The position numbers and the translations under genes are program-made. Positions 1 to 12,019 of a DNA stretch of 64,000 bases are shown here, in pieces (positions within the stretch are counted from its first letter, which is position 1; each line of letters starts with the position of its first letter). The notes under the pieces are model-generated. The model worked only from the letters and a program-made list of their open reading frames with translations, made no database searches and was not told the origin of the DNA. The stretch spans positions 186,001 to 250,000 of the forward strand of contig JBHGNT010000034.1 in NCBI GenBank assembly GCA_043228905.1, written 5' to 3'. The DNA is from Azolla caroliniana (Eukaryota; Plantae; Polypodiophyta).

Positions 1-363
1 CATGCATTTATTCCATAAAAATGTCAGAATGAAGGCCCAAATTTTCCTATAGTTATAAATATTCCCATATTTATTTAAAACTCTCATGGGAAATTCCTTT
101 TGGTGCAAATATGAAGAGAAGAGCCCTCTCTTATCAATCTATGTATCTACTTTTTATAAATATAGTCTCTCTTTTTTTCTTTTTTATCGTAATTAGCTTA
201 CCCAAGTGGTAAGTTGTTACACTACAATTACTACGTCTTGGGTTCAAAACCAATTTTCTCACCTCTCTTATGTTACTTCATACATATCTCTCAATTCACT
301 AGATACCACCCTAGAATTTAGGGGTTCAATCCACCACCTCCTGGCCATTAGGCAACCTTACTA

Positions 364-366
<3 letters not shown>

Positions 367-416
<50 letters not shown>
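367..416. repeat. (CT)n microsatellite
   Basis: About 25 uninterrupted TC units; explains the SLSLSL ORF at 364. Confidence 0.95.
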
Positions 417-419
<3 letters not shown>

Positions 420-1340
420 GGCATCTCTTTCTCTTCATTTCCCATCCTTTTTCATGCATAATTGCTCTAAATTCCCCTTTGCTTGGTTAGCTACTTTTTC
501 GTTGATTTTTGACACCACTTTGCCACCAAAATTTCGATTTCCGACATTGGTTTGTTGCATATGGTATTCTATTATGAATATTGCGGAATATGAAGCCGGC
601 CACAACCGGTCAACACGTGCAAATGAGAGACGCAGAGATCAAGACAATCAGACACAAGAAAAGAAAGTATAGAGACACAAGATCTTTTCATGTGGAAAAC
701 CCTAAAAGGGAAAAACTATGGGAGTCCACAAACTCCGAGTAATTACTATAGTGGGAGGAATATACAACAAGAAACTCCAAGGCAACAACCTTGAGTTCGT
801 CTTCATCCACAGACGGCTACAAGAGTTACAACTCTCTTTCTCTCTCTCCTACACACTAGTTACACTCACTAATCCTACTACAACTCTCTCATAATGATTT
901 GCCCTAGATGTATTTATACTAATACATACTATGGACTATTTACAAATATAACGAGTTGTAGGCGCACCAAAACATATTTACAAATATGATCACTTTCAGA
1001 TACCTCTCCATATCCGACCAAATGTCTTCCAGCCAGTCCTGCTCCGGATCTGGTCTCTTGTCCAGGTCTCTCCTTCAAACCCATCTGATCCAGTTCTCGT
1101 TTTACACCAGGTTCTCATTCTTCAAACTCCAATCCAGCTCGTACTCTCTTCCCATCCAGAGGGACCTATTTCCTAATAAACCCCCCTTTCACTCTAGTAT
1201 GGGGTACTTTGTTAGTCTGACCCTTTGCCAACACGTGTTCAACTTCTCTACCAACAACACATTCGTTAGCATATCCGATCCGTTTTCCTCCGTGTGGATC
1301 TTTACCAGAGCAAAATCTTTTTCTTCTACCCTCTCCTTAA

Positions 1341-1641
1341 TGTTGTAGAGACAAGGCCGTCAATGCGGAAGATCTAGAAGCATTCGATTCTGGTTGAAAC
1401 CTGCGTATGACAGTTTCCAAGATCGTGCACAGAGAGAGAGAGAGAGAGACACACACACAAAAGAGTCTTTCTATTCAATAGAAACAATAATACAACCAAC
1501 CTTTCAAAAGAGGTTACAATGTCACTTTATATAGTGACCGACTTAGGGCAACTACCATTTATGCTAATTACACAAATGGCCCAAACTTAAGCTATACAAA
1601 GGGATAGTGTGAATACGTCCATTATACACTTGTATTCGACA
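1341..1641 (-). repeat. 3' LTR of young copia (301 bp)
   Basis: Direct repeat of 6555-6857; adjacent to PPT; (AG)9 tract. Confidence 0.97.
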
Positions 1642-1834
1642 CTCCCCCGTAATGGGCGTATACATGGGTTATCTAAGATTACAGGTATAAACCTATGTTC
1701 TCGGACATATCAGTTTTGTTCGAGTCGGCAGGGTCCGAAGGCAGAAGACCGGACTAGTCGGGTCGGAAGAGTTGAAGCCGATCATTAAGGAACTGATGTC
1801 GGTTGTCGGAAACCATCCTGCGCTGTGTCCGGCT

Positions 1835-4800
1835 CTAACCGGACTGGTTTGTCGTTACGCCCATCTGATGCCGAAGAGACCGAAAGCGGTCTGCCGAAAG
1901 ACACTTGGTCATTCCATCTGCGACATTGTCGGTTGTGGATATTTTCTCTAGACCGATTTTCCCTGAAATGACGCAGTCCCGAACGAAGTGATATCGAACG
2001 TCGATATGTTTGGAGGCGTTGTGGTGAACCGGATTTTTCGACAGGGCAACAGCACCTTGACTGTCGCTATAGACAACTGGGGCCGAGTCATGGTCGACTT
2101 GCGGAAACGTGTGCGCCAGCCGGCCGAGCCACAAAGCTTCTTTTGCAGCGTCGGACGCAGCTACATATTTTGCTTCGGTCGTTGAGGTCGCTGTGCACTC
2201 CTGAAGTTTCGACTTCCACGAAATTGCTCCATTGCCGAATTTGAAGCAGTATCCAGTTGTTGATTTCCGACTGTCTATACAGCCGGCGAAATCCGAGTCG
2301 GTGTAACCGACTACGCCTGAGGTTCGGTTCGGACCGAAAAGAATGTCGTGGTCTTTTGTGCCAGCCAGATATCTGAACACATGCTTGACTGCGTTCCAAT
2401 GCGATCGGCCAGGATTGTGCATAAATCTGCTAACGACTCCTACGGCATGAGAGATATCAGGCCGTGTCGCGACCATCAGGTACATAAGGGAGCCGACTGC
2501 CGGTGCATACGGTACCGACTTCATATCATCCCCCTCCGGGCCGGATGTCGGGCAGTCTCGCTGAGAGAGCCGAAGATTCATGGGGAGCGGGGTTGAAGCA
2601 GATTTGGCTGATTGCATGTTGAAGCGTTCCAAGACACGTCCGATATAGTCGGTCTGAGACAAAAAAAGATGTCTTTTATCGCGGTGCCGAATAATCTTCA
2701 TGCCAAGTATGTGTCGTGCCGGACCGAGGTCCTTCATGGCAAACTTCAACCGCAGTTGCCGAATGAGATCGGCAAGTTCGCCCGCGTGGCGTCCAGAAAT
2801 TAGCATGTCGTCCACGTAAATGATGAGGAAGATGGGTGATCCATCTTGAGCTGTGGTGGTAAAGAGACAATGGTCCTCATCGCTTTTTGAGAAGCCGATC
2901 GATTGGATGAAGTCATCGAACTTCTTGTACCATTGTCGCGGTGCCTGTTTGAGGCCGTATAGACTCTTCCTGAGCCGGCAGACTAGATGTTCTTGGCCAG
3001 TTGCCACGAAGCCTTTTGGCTGCTCCATATAAATTTCCTCTTCAAGATCACCATGGAGGAAGGTTGTTTTGACATCTAGCTGAATCAGCTCCAAGTTGTC
3101 GGCTGCCACTACGCCGAGTAGAAAATGAAGGGTTGTCATTTTCACCACTGGTGAAAAAATCTCGTCGAAGTCGACGCCATATTCTTGTCGGAAGCCCTTC
3201 GCAACTAATCTGGCCTTGTACTTTGGGGTGGTCGAATCAGACGTCTCTTTTAGTCGATAAACCCACTTGCAAGGAAGAGCACGTCGATTCTTAGGTAATT
3301 CGACCAGGTCCCAAGTCTTGTTTGCCCGAATGGAGTGCATTTCCGACTCCATCGCCAGATGCCAGGTGGCTGAATCGACAGATGTCGATGCTTCTTCGTA
3401 AGACGTCGGTTCGCCGGCGTCGGTGAAGAAAATTCCCGGAGAATACCTCTCCGGAGGTTGCGACAGTCTCTCGGATCGTCGAGGTATGATTGGACTGGTC
3501 GCATCGGGTATCGAGGTCGGATGGTCCGAAAGCGAATTATTCTGCTGTGCCGAGTCGGAGTTGTTCGAGTCGGTAGTGCAAGGTTCAGCTACCCGTGAAG
3601 CTGACCGTGTGTTAAGAGCGGGGCCTTCTTGAAGGGTCGGCACATCGGAAAATGTTACCCTTCGGACTTCGATCGGTGTTTTGACTGATGGATTCATAGC
3701 CGACTCGTTGAACACAACGTCCGAACTTCGAACGATTTGTCTGCGTTCGGGGTCCCAGAGTCGGTATCCCATTTCGCCGTCTGATCCATATCCAAGGAAA
3801 ATGCATTTCCTGGACCGAGGTGCAAGTTTTCGGCGATCATCTTTCGGAATGAGGGCGTACGCCTCGCATCCGAAGATCCTCAGCTTGTCGTAATTCGGCT
3901 TACTGCCGATCCATAGTTCCTGAGGAATTTGAAGTCCTAGAGGTCTGCTTGGCGACATATTGATTATGTGTACTGCCGTGAGTAGAGCCTCTGCCCAGAA
4001 GCCATCCGACAGTCCGGAGTGTTGGAGCATGGAAACTATCCGGTCTTGGATTGTCCGATTCATGCGTTCTGCAATCCCGTTTTGCTCCGGACTGTATGGT
4101 GCCGTAAATTCACGTCGGATGCCGCGTTGTCGGCAGAATTTGACGAATTCTTCTGATTTGAACTCTCCCCCATTGTAGGTCCGAAAGCATTTCAGTTTTC
4201 GGTCAGTTTGATTTTCTACCATAGCGAGCCAATCGGAGAAGATCGAGAAGACACGATCTTTGGTGCGAATTGGATAAGCCCACACCTTTCGAGTCGAATC
4301 GTCAATAAAACTGACGAAGTAAGAGGCACCGCCGAGAGACTGATGCGGCATTGGGCCACAGACGTCCGAGTGGACTAAATCGAGAGGTCTCGTTTCTCTT
4401 GGTGCTGATGTCGGGTGTGATGCGGCTGCTTGTTTGCCATACTGGCAATGTTCGCAGAATTGATGGTCCGAGAAGGAGAGTTTAGGGATGTATCCGGCTC
4501 TAGATAGATGCGTAATGCCGGCCTTGCTGAGGTGTCCTAATCTTCTGTGCCATAGTGATGACACAGGAATATCCACCAAAAACAGGTTACCCTCTCTGAG
4601 CGTAACATGTAACGGATACAGTGAGTGTATCTTGGGTCCTCTAGCAAGCAGGAGGTTCCCCCTGTGGAGTGTCCACCCTCCCGAAGAAAAACCGGCACGA
4701 ATGCCGTCTTCATCTAGTTGTCCGACTGAGATCAATGGCCTTGAGAGCTCGGGTACATGTCGGACATTGTGAAGTACAAGTGTAGAGCCACCTGCAAGAT

Positions 4801-5869
4801 TGAGCTCTACTGTGCCGATTCCAATGATGTCGCAGTGTTGCGAGTTGCCGACTCGAACTGAGTCGGAGTGACGGATCATATATTGCCGAAATTGGGATCG
4901 ATGAGGAGTCACGTGAAATGACGCGCCCGAATCTAAGAGCCATGTGCTCGATTCTTCAGTCGTGAGCAGAACTTCTGATCCGACTGGATTTTCGATTGAT
5001 AGTATATTCGGGTCGTTTGGTAGCACATCAGCTGAGAAGCTGACGTAATTGATCTCCTCATGCCGGCCACTCTTCTTGTCTGATTTCTGAGACTTGTCGT
5101 TCTTGTTCTTGAGTGCGCGGCAGTCGGCTTTGATGTGTCCGGGTTTCTTGCAATAGTTGCAGATTCGATTATCCCGTGACTGGCTCCGTCTTCGCTGATT
5201 GTTCGGCTGCCGTGAGGAATCTCTTCCTCGTATGTTCGATCGGTCTGTCGAACCTTGTACTACATAAGCGTCGTCTGTTGAGTCTTTGGCGAAAGACTTT
5301 CTCCGAGCTGCTTCTGTCAGGATTGCGCTCGTGACTTCGGAGTATTTAACAGCCGTGGTTGACGCATTGCACACGGTTGTGACGAAAGTTTCCCATGATG
5401 AGGGAAGGCTGCTCATGAGTATCATCGCTCTGAGTTCATCCTCGATTGCCGTCCCCTGAGATGAGATTTGGGAGCTTATGCTTTCGTACTCATTGAGATG
5501 TGCTTGAACCGAATCTGATTCTTTCATCCGCAAGTTGTAGAGGCGCCGGATCAGAAACATCTTTGTTGCAGCGACCTTCTTTTCGTAGGTGTCCGACAGT
5601 GTTTTCCACAGTTCGAATGTTGTCGTACACGATTGCACCGTAAAGTATACCGATTCCGATAGGTGCATCCGAATCGTGGCGCGGACGATTCTGTCCAGCT
5701 TCTGCCACTCAATTGGTTTGTATCCTTCTGGAGGTTCTTCATTTTCGATGGGATCGATTTGCCCCTTGACTATGAGATAGTCCTGCATCTGCTCCTTCCA
5801 GAAGTTGAAGTTCGATCCATCGAACTTTCGTAGACTCATTTCTGACGAGCCGGATGTTGATGCCATCAA
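1835..5869 (-). CDS. Copia Gag-Pol polyprotein (gag, zinc knuckle, protease, integrase, RT, RNase H), 1344 aa
   Basis: CNYCKKPGHIKADC knuckle; WLLDSGAS protease; LVHSDVCGP...PEQNGIAERMNRT integrase; YKARLVAKG, SLYGLKQAPRQW and IIYVDDML RT; YTDSD...KHIDVRYHF RNase H; copia domain order. Confidence 0.97.
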   Translation of the reverse strand: MMASTSGSSEMSLRKFDGSNFNFWKEQMQDYLIVKGQIDPIENEEPPEGYKPIEWQKLDRIVRATIRMHLSESVYFTVQSCTTTFELWKTLSDTYEKKVAATKMFLIRRLYNLRMKESDSVQAHLNEYESISSQISSQGTAIEDELRAMILMSSLPSSWETFVTTVCNASTTAVKYSEVTSAILTEAARRKSFAKDSTDDAYVVQGSTDRSNIRGRDSSRQPNNQRRRSQSRDNRICNYCKKPGHIKADCRALKNKNDKSQKSDKKSGRHEEINYVSFSADVLPNDPNILSIENPVGSEVLLTTEESSTWLLDSGASFHVTPHRSQFRQYMIRHSDSVRVGNSQHCDIIGIGTVELNLAGGSTLVLHNVRHVPELSRPLISVGQLDEDGIRAGFSSGGWTLHRGNLLLARGPKIHSLYPLHVTLREGNLFLVDIPVSSLWHRRLGHLSKAGITHLSRAGYIPKLSFSDHQFCEHCQYGKQAAASHPTSAPRETRPLDLVHSDVCGPMPHQSLGGASYFVSFIDDSTRKVWAYPIRTKDRVFSIFSDWLAMVENQTDRKLKCFRTYNGGEFKSEEFVKFCRQRGIRREFTAPYSPEQNGIAERMNRTIQDRIVSMLQHSGLSDGFWAEALLTAVHIINMSPSRPLGLQIPQELWIGSKPNYDKLRIFGCEAYALIPKDDRRKLAPRSRKCIFLGYGSDGEMGYRLWDPERRQIVRSSDVVFNESAMNPSVKTPIEVRRVTFSDVPTLQEGPALNTRSASRVAEPCTTDSNNSDSAQQNNSLSDHPTSIPDATSPIIPRRSERLSQPPERYSPGIFFTDAGEPTSYEEASTSVDSATWHLAMESEMHSIRANKTWDLVELPKNRRALPCKWVYRLKETSDSTTPKYKARLVAKGFRQEYGVDFDEIFSPVVKMTTLHFLLGVVAADNLELIQLDVKTTFLHGDLEEEIYMEQPKGFVATGQEHLVCRLRKSLYGLKQAPRQWYKKFDDFIQSIGFSKSDEDHCLFTTTAQDGSPIFLIIYVDDMLISGRHAGELADLIRQLRLKFAMKDLGPARHILGMKIIRHRDKRHLFLSQTDYIGRVLERFNMQSAKSASTPLPMNLRLSQRDCPTSGPEGDDMKSVPYAPAVGSLMYLMVATRPDISHAVGVVSRFMHNPGRSHWNAVKHVFRYLAGTKDHDILFGPNRTSGVVGYTDSDFAGCIDSRKSTTGYCFKFGNGAISWKSKLQECTATSTTEAKYVAASDAAKEALWLGRLAHTFPQVDHDSAPVVYSDSQGAVALSKNPVHHNASKHIDVRYHFVRDCVISGKIGLEKISTTDNVADGMTKCLSADRFRSLRHQMGVTTNQSG

Positions 5870-6554
5870 ATTTGGTTTCGGTTGACGAAGCTCGGTTCGG
5901 AGTTGACTACGAACCTTGTTGGAGTGCAGCCGGTTGGCTCACCCGATATCGTTCTAGTCGGATTTGAACCCGAGTCGGTTCGGCTTCGGATATATGTATT
6001 GTTGAACTTGCTCGAATTGACTCCGGTAACTTGAGGGACAGAACTGACTGGTCTTCCCGAATGTTGCCGAGTCGGAGTGAGCCCGGTTCGCTTCCGAATA
6101 TATATGCCAAATACCGATTATTGAAACCGATTGTCTGGACCGATTCTGCTTCGGGTGACTGCAGCGACGAGAGAGACGGATCCAACTGATCCTCCCGAAT
6201 GTCAATCAGCCAGATGAAGCACGAATTGGGGTTGTTGTCTTGAGACCGATCTGCACCGAGTGGTTACAATGAGCGGTGAGCAGCGTTTGATGACCTCTTC
6301 GGATGCCGTTTAACCGAGTGGAGCACGATCGTGTCAATGTTGCACAAGGGGATTTCACCTCGAGCGGTTACGATCACAAGGAACAGAGTACAACCGGCTG
6401 GCTTACTCCAAGCGAAGATGATCTAACGCGATGAGATGCAAGCCTCGTTTTTCTTCTTCTTCTCCCTTCTTCGAATGACGCAAGAAACCGAACGCTGTGC
6501 AGGCTGGGACGACGGCCGACAGCGGGTTGAGGAACGCTGTGCTCTGATACCAAA

Positions 6555-6857
6555 TGTTGTAGAGACAAGGCCGTCAATGCGGAAGATCTAGAAGCATTCG
6601 ATTCTGGTTGAAACCTGCGTATGACAGTTTCCAAGATCGTGCACAGAGAGAGAGAGAGAGAGAGACACACACACAAAAGAGTCTTTCTATTCAATAGAAA
6701 CAATAATACAACCAACCTTTCAAAAGAGGTTACAATGTCACTTTATATAGTGACCGACTTAGGGCAACTACCATTTATGCTAATTACACAAATGGCCCAA
6801 ACTTAAGCTATACAAAGGGATAGTGTGAATACGTCCATTATACACTTGTATTCGACA
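6555..6857 (-). repeat. 5' LTR of young copia (303 bp)
   Basis: Direct repeat of 1341-1641; followed on the minus strand by the iMet PBS; (AG)10 tract. Confidence 0.97.
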
Positions 6858-7059
6858 CTTAAGCCAATGGTATCTCCTCTATATGTGCTTAGTCCTTGAG
6901 TGGTAGGTGTTAACCGGTGGGACAAGTGGGACACTGTGTCAAACGAGCAAAGGGAGTCGAGCACTAATAGTCGAACAAAGGGAGCCGAGTATTAAGGAGA
7001 AACAGTTGTAAAGCGCCGAGCATAGAGGACCATATATATACTGAGTGTTAGAACAGGGG

Positions 7060-9115
7060 GGAAACTATTTTGGAACTATATTACCTCTTCTCAAGCCGAT
7101 GTAATTTGTGTTCAAGAACATAAACAAGTTGAATTCAATGGTCAAGTTGGTTCATTTGGAGGTTTTGACATATTCTATAAAGATCAAGGTACAACATTTG
7201 GAGTGCTTATCGTCATAAAACATGAGCTAAATCCTACGGTTGCCTATAATGATCAACGTGGGAGGTGGATGGTTGTGCAATGAATGATAAATGGCGAGAC
7301 ATATGATTTTGTTGGAATATATGCCCCGAATGCCACAAGGGATAGAGCTTTACTTTGGCAAGACATTTGTGCTTATCCATGGCCACAACATGCATTTATA
7401 TGTGGAGATTTCAACAACTCTCCAAATGCAGGTGATAACACTAGTGGGCACTCACATATGTTGAGAGAGGAACAAGGTCAGTGGTGTAATATGCAAAGCT
7501 CATTGGATTGGGTTGATTTATGGAAAATGGCACACCCACATGTTCATGGGTTTACCTTTCATCACACCACCAACTCCTCATACTATGCAAGGCTTGATAG
7601 ATGGTATTTGTTGCATGCTAGTTAGTATGAAAATTTCACATATACAATGCATATAGACCATGCTTTGTAGTTGTCAGATGATGTGGTTGTCTGTCTAGAC
7701 CTTCATTTTGGGAATCATTCCTATGAAGTGCATCTCCAAAGGAAGAGATTTATGCTCATTATCAACAACTACCTCAAGCATGATCTCTTCAAGAGGATGG
7801 TCTATGACATAATACATCCTCTTTAAGTAGAAGTCAACATAGATGTTGATATAGAGTGGGTACATTTTATACATAGATTACAAACAATAATACAAGAGTA
7901 TGGGAAGTGGTATGTTTGAAGACAGAGAGATTGCACTCAACAAGCCAAATTTACTTGTCAAGCCCTAACAGGGTTAGCACATAGAAGATCTTTGACTTTA
8001 CATGAAGAGGATGCATTGTGTATGGCCAAACACACATTGATGCTACGTGACAAAAATAAATTAGAAAAATGGCAAGTTAGGTCAAGACAGTTTCCATTGA
8101 AAGACAAAGGATGCTCTTCTAAATCCTTCTTCAAAAGGTTGCATCTTATACGCCAAAAGGAATTATCCATTAAATTCATCAAAATTGGTGATGGTTTGTG
8201 GACTACAAACTGACTTGACATAGCCAAGGAATGTGTAACTCACTTCTCGCACATCTTTGAGAACAATGTAGTTGTTATAGATGTAGTTAAATAGGACAAA
8301 GATACATTCTTGTCACTAGTTCAACCCACTATTTGTGTTGATAAAGCTATTGCTTTGGATGCAACATTCACAATGGAGGAGCTTTTGGAGTCTTGGAAGG
8401 GCCTCAGGAAAGGCAAAGCGTCTGGTTGGCATGGTATTATATTAGAGTTCATTGCAGAATTTTGGGATGTCCTTAAGGATTTAATCCTATCCATGGCAAA
8501 TAATGCTTGGCAACAATGGGATATGCCCGTCCCATGGTAAGAAGGTTTGGTCAAATTAATACCCAAAAAGAAACTGTGTGAATCTTTTTTGTATTGGCGA
8601 CCAATCACTCTCATGCCAATGATCTATAAACTTATTGCAAAGATAATTGATAATCGTATTAAGGACACTTTGTTGGGAGGCGTCCACGTAAACCAGTATG
8701 GATTCATTCCTCGAGGGCAGATTATAGATAATATTGCTAATGCCTATATTGGAATAGAGGATGCCAAATACACGAAACAAGATGTATTGCTCATGCAAAT
8801 TGACATTGAAAAGGCCTTTGACACCATCCAATGGGATTTTGTGGCAACCACAATGGTCAACCTAGGATTTGATCCGAAATGTCTCAAGTAATCTATTGGC
8901 TTTATGAGTCTAGCACATCTTCATGCAGTATCGAGGGTGAATCATGGAGCTTAGCCAAATCATTATGGCAAGGTTGTCCTGTAACTGCATTGTTGTATGC
9001 AATCACAACTCATCCACTACTATTGTACATGGATCATCCAGTAGTATCAATTGGTCAACTTCACTGTTTGCAAATGCTCAGTGACCATTGCTTCTAGGCT
9101 AAGCTCTTTGGCCAC
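7060..9115 (+). mobile_element. Degenerate L1-type LINE ORF2 (APE endonuclease plus N-terminal RT)
   Basis: ADVICVQEHK, GIYAPN, FICGDFNN, YARLDRWY (APE); WRPITLM, QYGFIPRGQIIDN, DIEKAFDTIQW, LWQGCP (RT); multiple stops and frameshifts. Confidence 0.9.
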
Positions 9116-9364
9116 GACCTGTGACAAAATAGACACAAGTAGTTGCTCATCCTTAATTCCTTGCATCGTTCTCCATAGAGACAACTTCATGTCATCTGTT
9201 GCTTCCTCAATGGTTAGGTTTGTCACGGACGAGTATAATAGAGTAGAATCTAGATGAGACTAAGAACTAGGAGAGAGAGAAAGAACAAGAGCTCGACTTA
9301 TGATTCTATAACTGACCTTAATTAGAATCAAGGTGCACCTGAGTATTTATGCAAGAAGGTAGAG

Positions 9365-9492
9365 ATATGTATGCTAGCTAGGAATAGAGAATGCATGTAT
9401 GCAAGCTAGCAATAAAGAATGCATGTATGCAAGCTAGGAAAAGAGAATGCATGTAAGCAAGCTAGGAATAGAGAATGCATGCAAGCTAGGAA
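9365..9492. repeat. ~28-bp tandem repeat (GCATGTATGCAAGCTAGGAATAGAGAAT) x4-5 inside gypsy LTR
   Basis: Directly visible imperfect tandem units. Confidence 0.85.
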
Positions 9493-9538
9493 CTTCCAAT
9501 GTTCAATCTACCATACATGAAGTTGGATTTTAATACAA

Positions 9539-9608
9539 GGATGTAGCTTAGTTGGTAGGGTTGCCCAATGGAGACCAGGAGGTCTTGGTTCAATTCATAC
9601 CTTCCACC
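9539..9608 (+). other. tRNA-like segment (Pol III A and B boxes) inside gypsy LTR
   Basis: TAGCTTAGTTGGTAG (A box) and GGTTCAATTC (B box) at tRNA-like spacing; stems imperfect. Confidence 0.45.
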
Positions 9609-11408
9609 GTGGTGTGGCATATGTCTATGGCATTATCCTCCCCCTTAGGCCGCCTCCGAAGATCCGTGACCGGGTTCTATGGGTACAATTGATGAAAAGC
9701 TCGAATTGTCACGTGAGCATTTTGTAAATGTGTAACGGGTTTCCACGTGGCATCCGAAATGGGGTAACCTTTCCATAAGGCCAAATATTGAAGTCGTCGT
9801 CACCACAAGCGGGAGTCGAGGATCTTGTCAACCTCGTACTCCTCCCCTGTCGATAATTCCACGGGTGGCAGTGGAGGAGGTTGTCGTTACGGAATTCCAT
9901 AAGGATGGTATAAGGATGGTATAGTTCAAGGAGAGAGACATGGAAAACATTGTGAATCCTAAATGTTGGGGGTAGCGCTAACCGGAATGCAACTGGGTTG
10001 ATTCACTCTATGATACGGAAGGGGCTTAGCTTTTTGTAGTCTAGCTTTGTGTAGGGACAAGTGGTGGAGATGTGGCAGCGTAGCAACCAAACCATGCCAC
10101 TGAGTGCAAAGGGTGGTGCGGCCAAGCGATGACGGTTAGCGTGATCCTGATATTGTTTTCCAGCAACACATAACTCAAGGGAGAGGTCACAATGGACATC
10201 TTGTAAACTGCGGGCACATATCTCTGCTGACAGATTGACGAAAATTGCAGGAATGGAAGTGCTGAAACGAGGGTGGAACCCATAGTTTGCAAAGAATGGG
10301 GAAACCTTAGTGGATGCATGGATACTATTATTGTAGGCAAATTCAGCCATGGCAAGGAAGTCCACCCAATCCTCTTATTGGTAGCTTATTGTACACCAGA
10401 GGTATTGTTCAAGGATTTGGTTGACTCTTTCGGTTTGGCTGTTGTCAAGTTCACATAAGTCCCAAATGTTTGCAAAAGTCGTCGCCAAAAGTGGGAGATA
10501 AATTGAGGACCTCGATCAAAGGTGACATCCTCAGGTAAGCCGTGTAGACGAACAACATTTTTCCGAAAAAGATCCGTCCTCTCCTCCCCCGAAGTGGTTT
10601 TTGAGCATGGGACAAAGTGAGCCATCTTCGAAAACCGATCGACGATCACTAACGCCATGTCATGGCCACCGACCTGAGAGAGGTCGGTTATAAAGGCCAT
10701 CGAGAGAGACGCCCATGGTCGACTAGGAAGTGGAAGCGGGTGGAGAAGGCCATATGGACGATGGTGAGCCGTGTTGGAGCAGGCACAAACGTCACACGTC
10801 TTGATAAATTCTTTGACAAATTTCAGGGGTTGGGGCCACCAAAACCCCCAAGATAACAACTGCAGTGTTTTCGCGGTGTCATGAAGATTTTCGGCAATAG
10901 TGTGAAAATCCCATAAAACGTACAAAATCGAGTATGAATCACATAATACAATAATTGTGAAGATAACATTTTAAATAAATTTAGTATCTAAGTACAAAAT
11001 GATGGAGGTTTCGAATGCACTTTATTACACGAGAAACGAACAACTAAATGTCAAGAAATAAGGGTATAAAGTTTGTGAAAGGAAAAGAGAAAATTGTGAG
11101 ATATCCCACATAGGCATGACAAATACGGCTGTCACCATATATAAGGCAGAGCAAAAGCTATTATCTTTGTGTCTATGTGTGGAGCATAGTGAGTTCAAGG
11201 TAACTTGAACTAAGAGTGGGGGTGGGCTAGCTACTCGTAAAGGGTTTTGGCCAACCAAAACCGGACCGACGATGGAGCCGGTGGCATCCGACGGCATCCG
11301 GCAAGGCACCAGTAACCGACGACATCCGACGCCGGTGAGGTGACGACATCCGTTGGTGGCACCGGTATCCGACGGCAACCGGCGACGGCATCCGACGAAC
11401 CGACGACT

Positions 11409-11516
11409 ATATAAATAAATATATAAATATATATACATATACAAGGAGGGCAAGTAAGGATTCAAACCTTGCACCTCCGAGTTAGGAGTCAATTGGCTTA
11501 CCATTAAACCATGCCA
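11409..11516 (-). pseudogene. tRNA-derived (SINE-like) sequence with AT-rich tail
   Basis: Minus strand TGGTTTAATGGTA (A box), CTCCTAA anticodon-like loop, AAGG-TTTGAAT-CCTT T-arm, then TA-rich tail. Confidence 0.45.
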
Positions 11517-12019
11517 TTTAGTTGAATTTATATTTCTATCATTGTACTTTTATATGTAAATTCTCATACATGAGAGCTAAAATGAGTGACATGGTTATCA
11601 TGCACCACATGTAATACATAAGCGCCAAATGGCAAACATGCAATTTATGCATGTCTTGTACCCTCACATGCATCATATGCATGAGAGCATCTATAAAAGA
11701 AGGAAGGGGGAGGAGAAAAAACACGTTTTTTTTTGTTATGAAATTAAGAAGAAGAAATTCGTTATCAAATTGATCGTGTAACTTGTTTCTTTAATCCAAA
11801 GATAAAAGTTCAATCAATCTCTCTCAATCGTTTAATCTCAACTTCTCTCTTTCCCAATCTATCTTAAGTACTTTCTCGCCAAAACTTGCGCCAAAGCTTG
11901 TACCGACTTTGAATCCTTCCGGTCCAGAACCCCGGCGGTTCCGCCTCACGATCCGCGCGTAGTGACGGATCTTCACGACAACGGCCCACCAAATTTCCAA
12001 GGTTGGGCCCATTGGTTGC

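Larger units (their letters stand above)
1341..6857 (-). mobile_element. Full-length, very young Ty1/copia LTR retrotransposon
   Basis: TG...CA LTRs at 1341-1641 and 6555-6857, identical except one AG unit. 5-bp TSD CTTAA (1336-1340, 6858-6862). tRNA-iMet PBS TGGTATCAGAGC (6541-6552, minus). PPT next to 1642. Confidence 0.98.
579..6906 (-). mobile_element. Older Ty1/copia remnant (RNase H C-terminus, PPT, ~600-bp 3' LTR), split by a younger copia insertion
   Basis: Joining 6863-6906 to 1180-1340 across the CTTAA TSD gives minus-strand YHSRTKHI*RRYHWLKERVEEKDFALVKIHTEENGSDMLT (copia RNase H end). PPT GAGTGAAAGGGGGG at ~1181-1194. Probable LTR ~579-1178 with decayed TA...TA ends. Confidence 0.75.
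9221..10900 (-). mobile_element. Ty3/gypsy chromovirus remnant: integrase, chromodomain, PPT and 3' LTR (9221-9632)
   Basis: PYGLLHPLPLPSRPW, IVDRFSKMAHF, DRGPQF, AEFAYNNS (integrase); EYEVDKILDSR...QYLALWKGY chromodomain at ~9700-9850; PPT AAGGGGGAGGATAA next to an LTR with TG...CA ends. Confidence 0.9.

Noticed and set aside
195-252. tRNA gene
   Set aside because: A/B-box-like words present but no cloverleaf stems; at most a decayed SINE head.
1988-6205. Many short overlapping/antisense ORFs in the copia element
   Set aside because: Shadow ORFs of a GC-rich coding region; no domains recognised.
6907-7060. Additional LTR beginning TGTTAACC with short internal repeats
   Set aside because: No partner LTR, PBS or recognisable end; cannot be supported.
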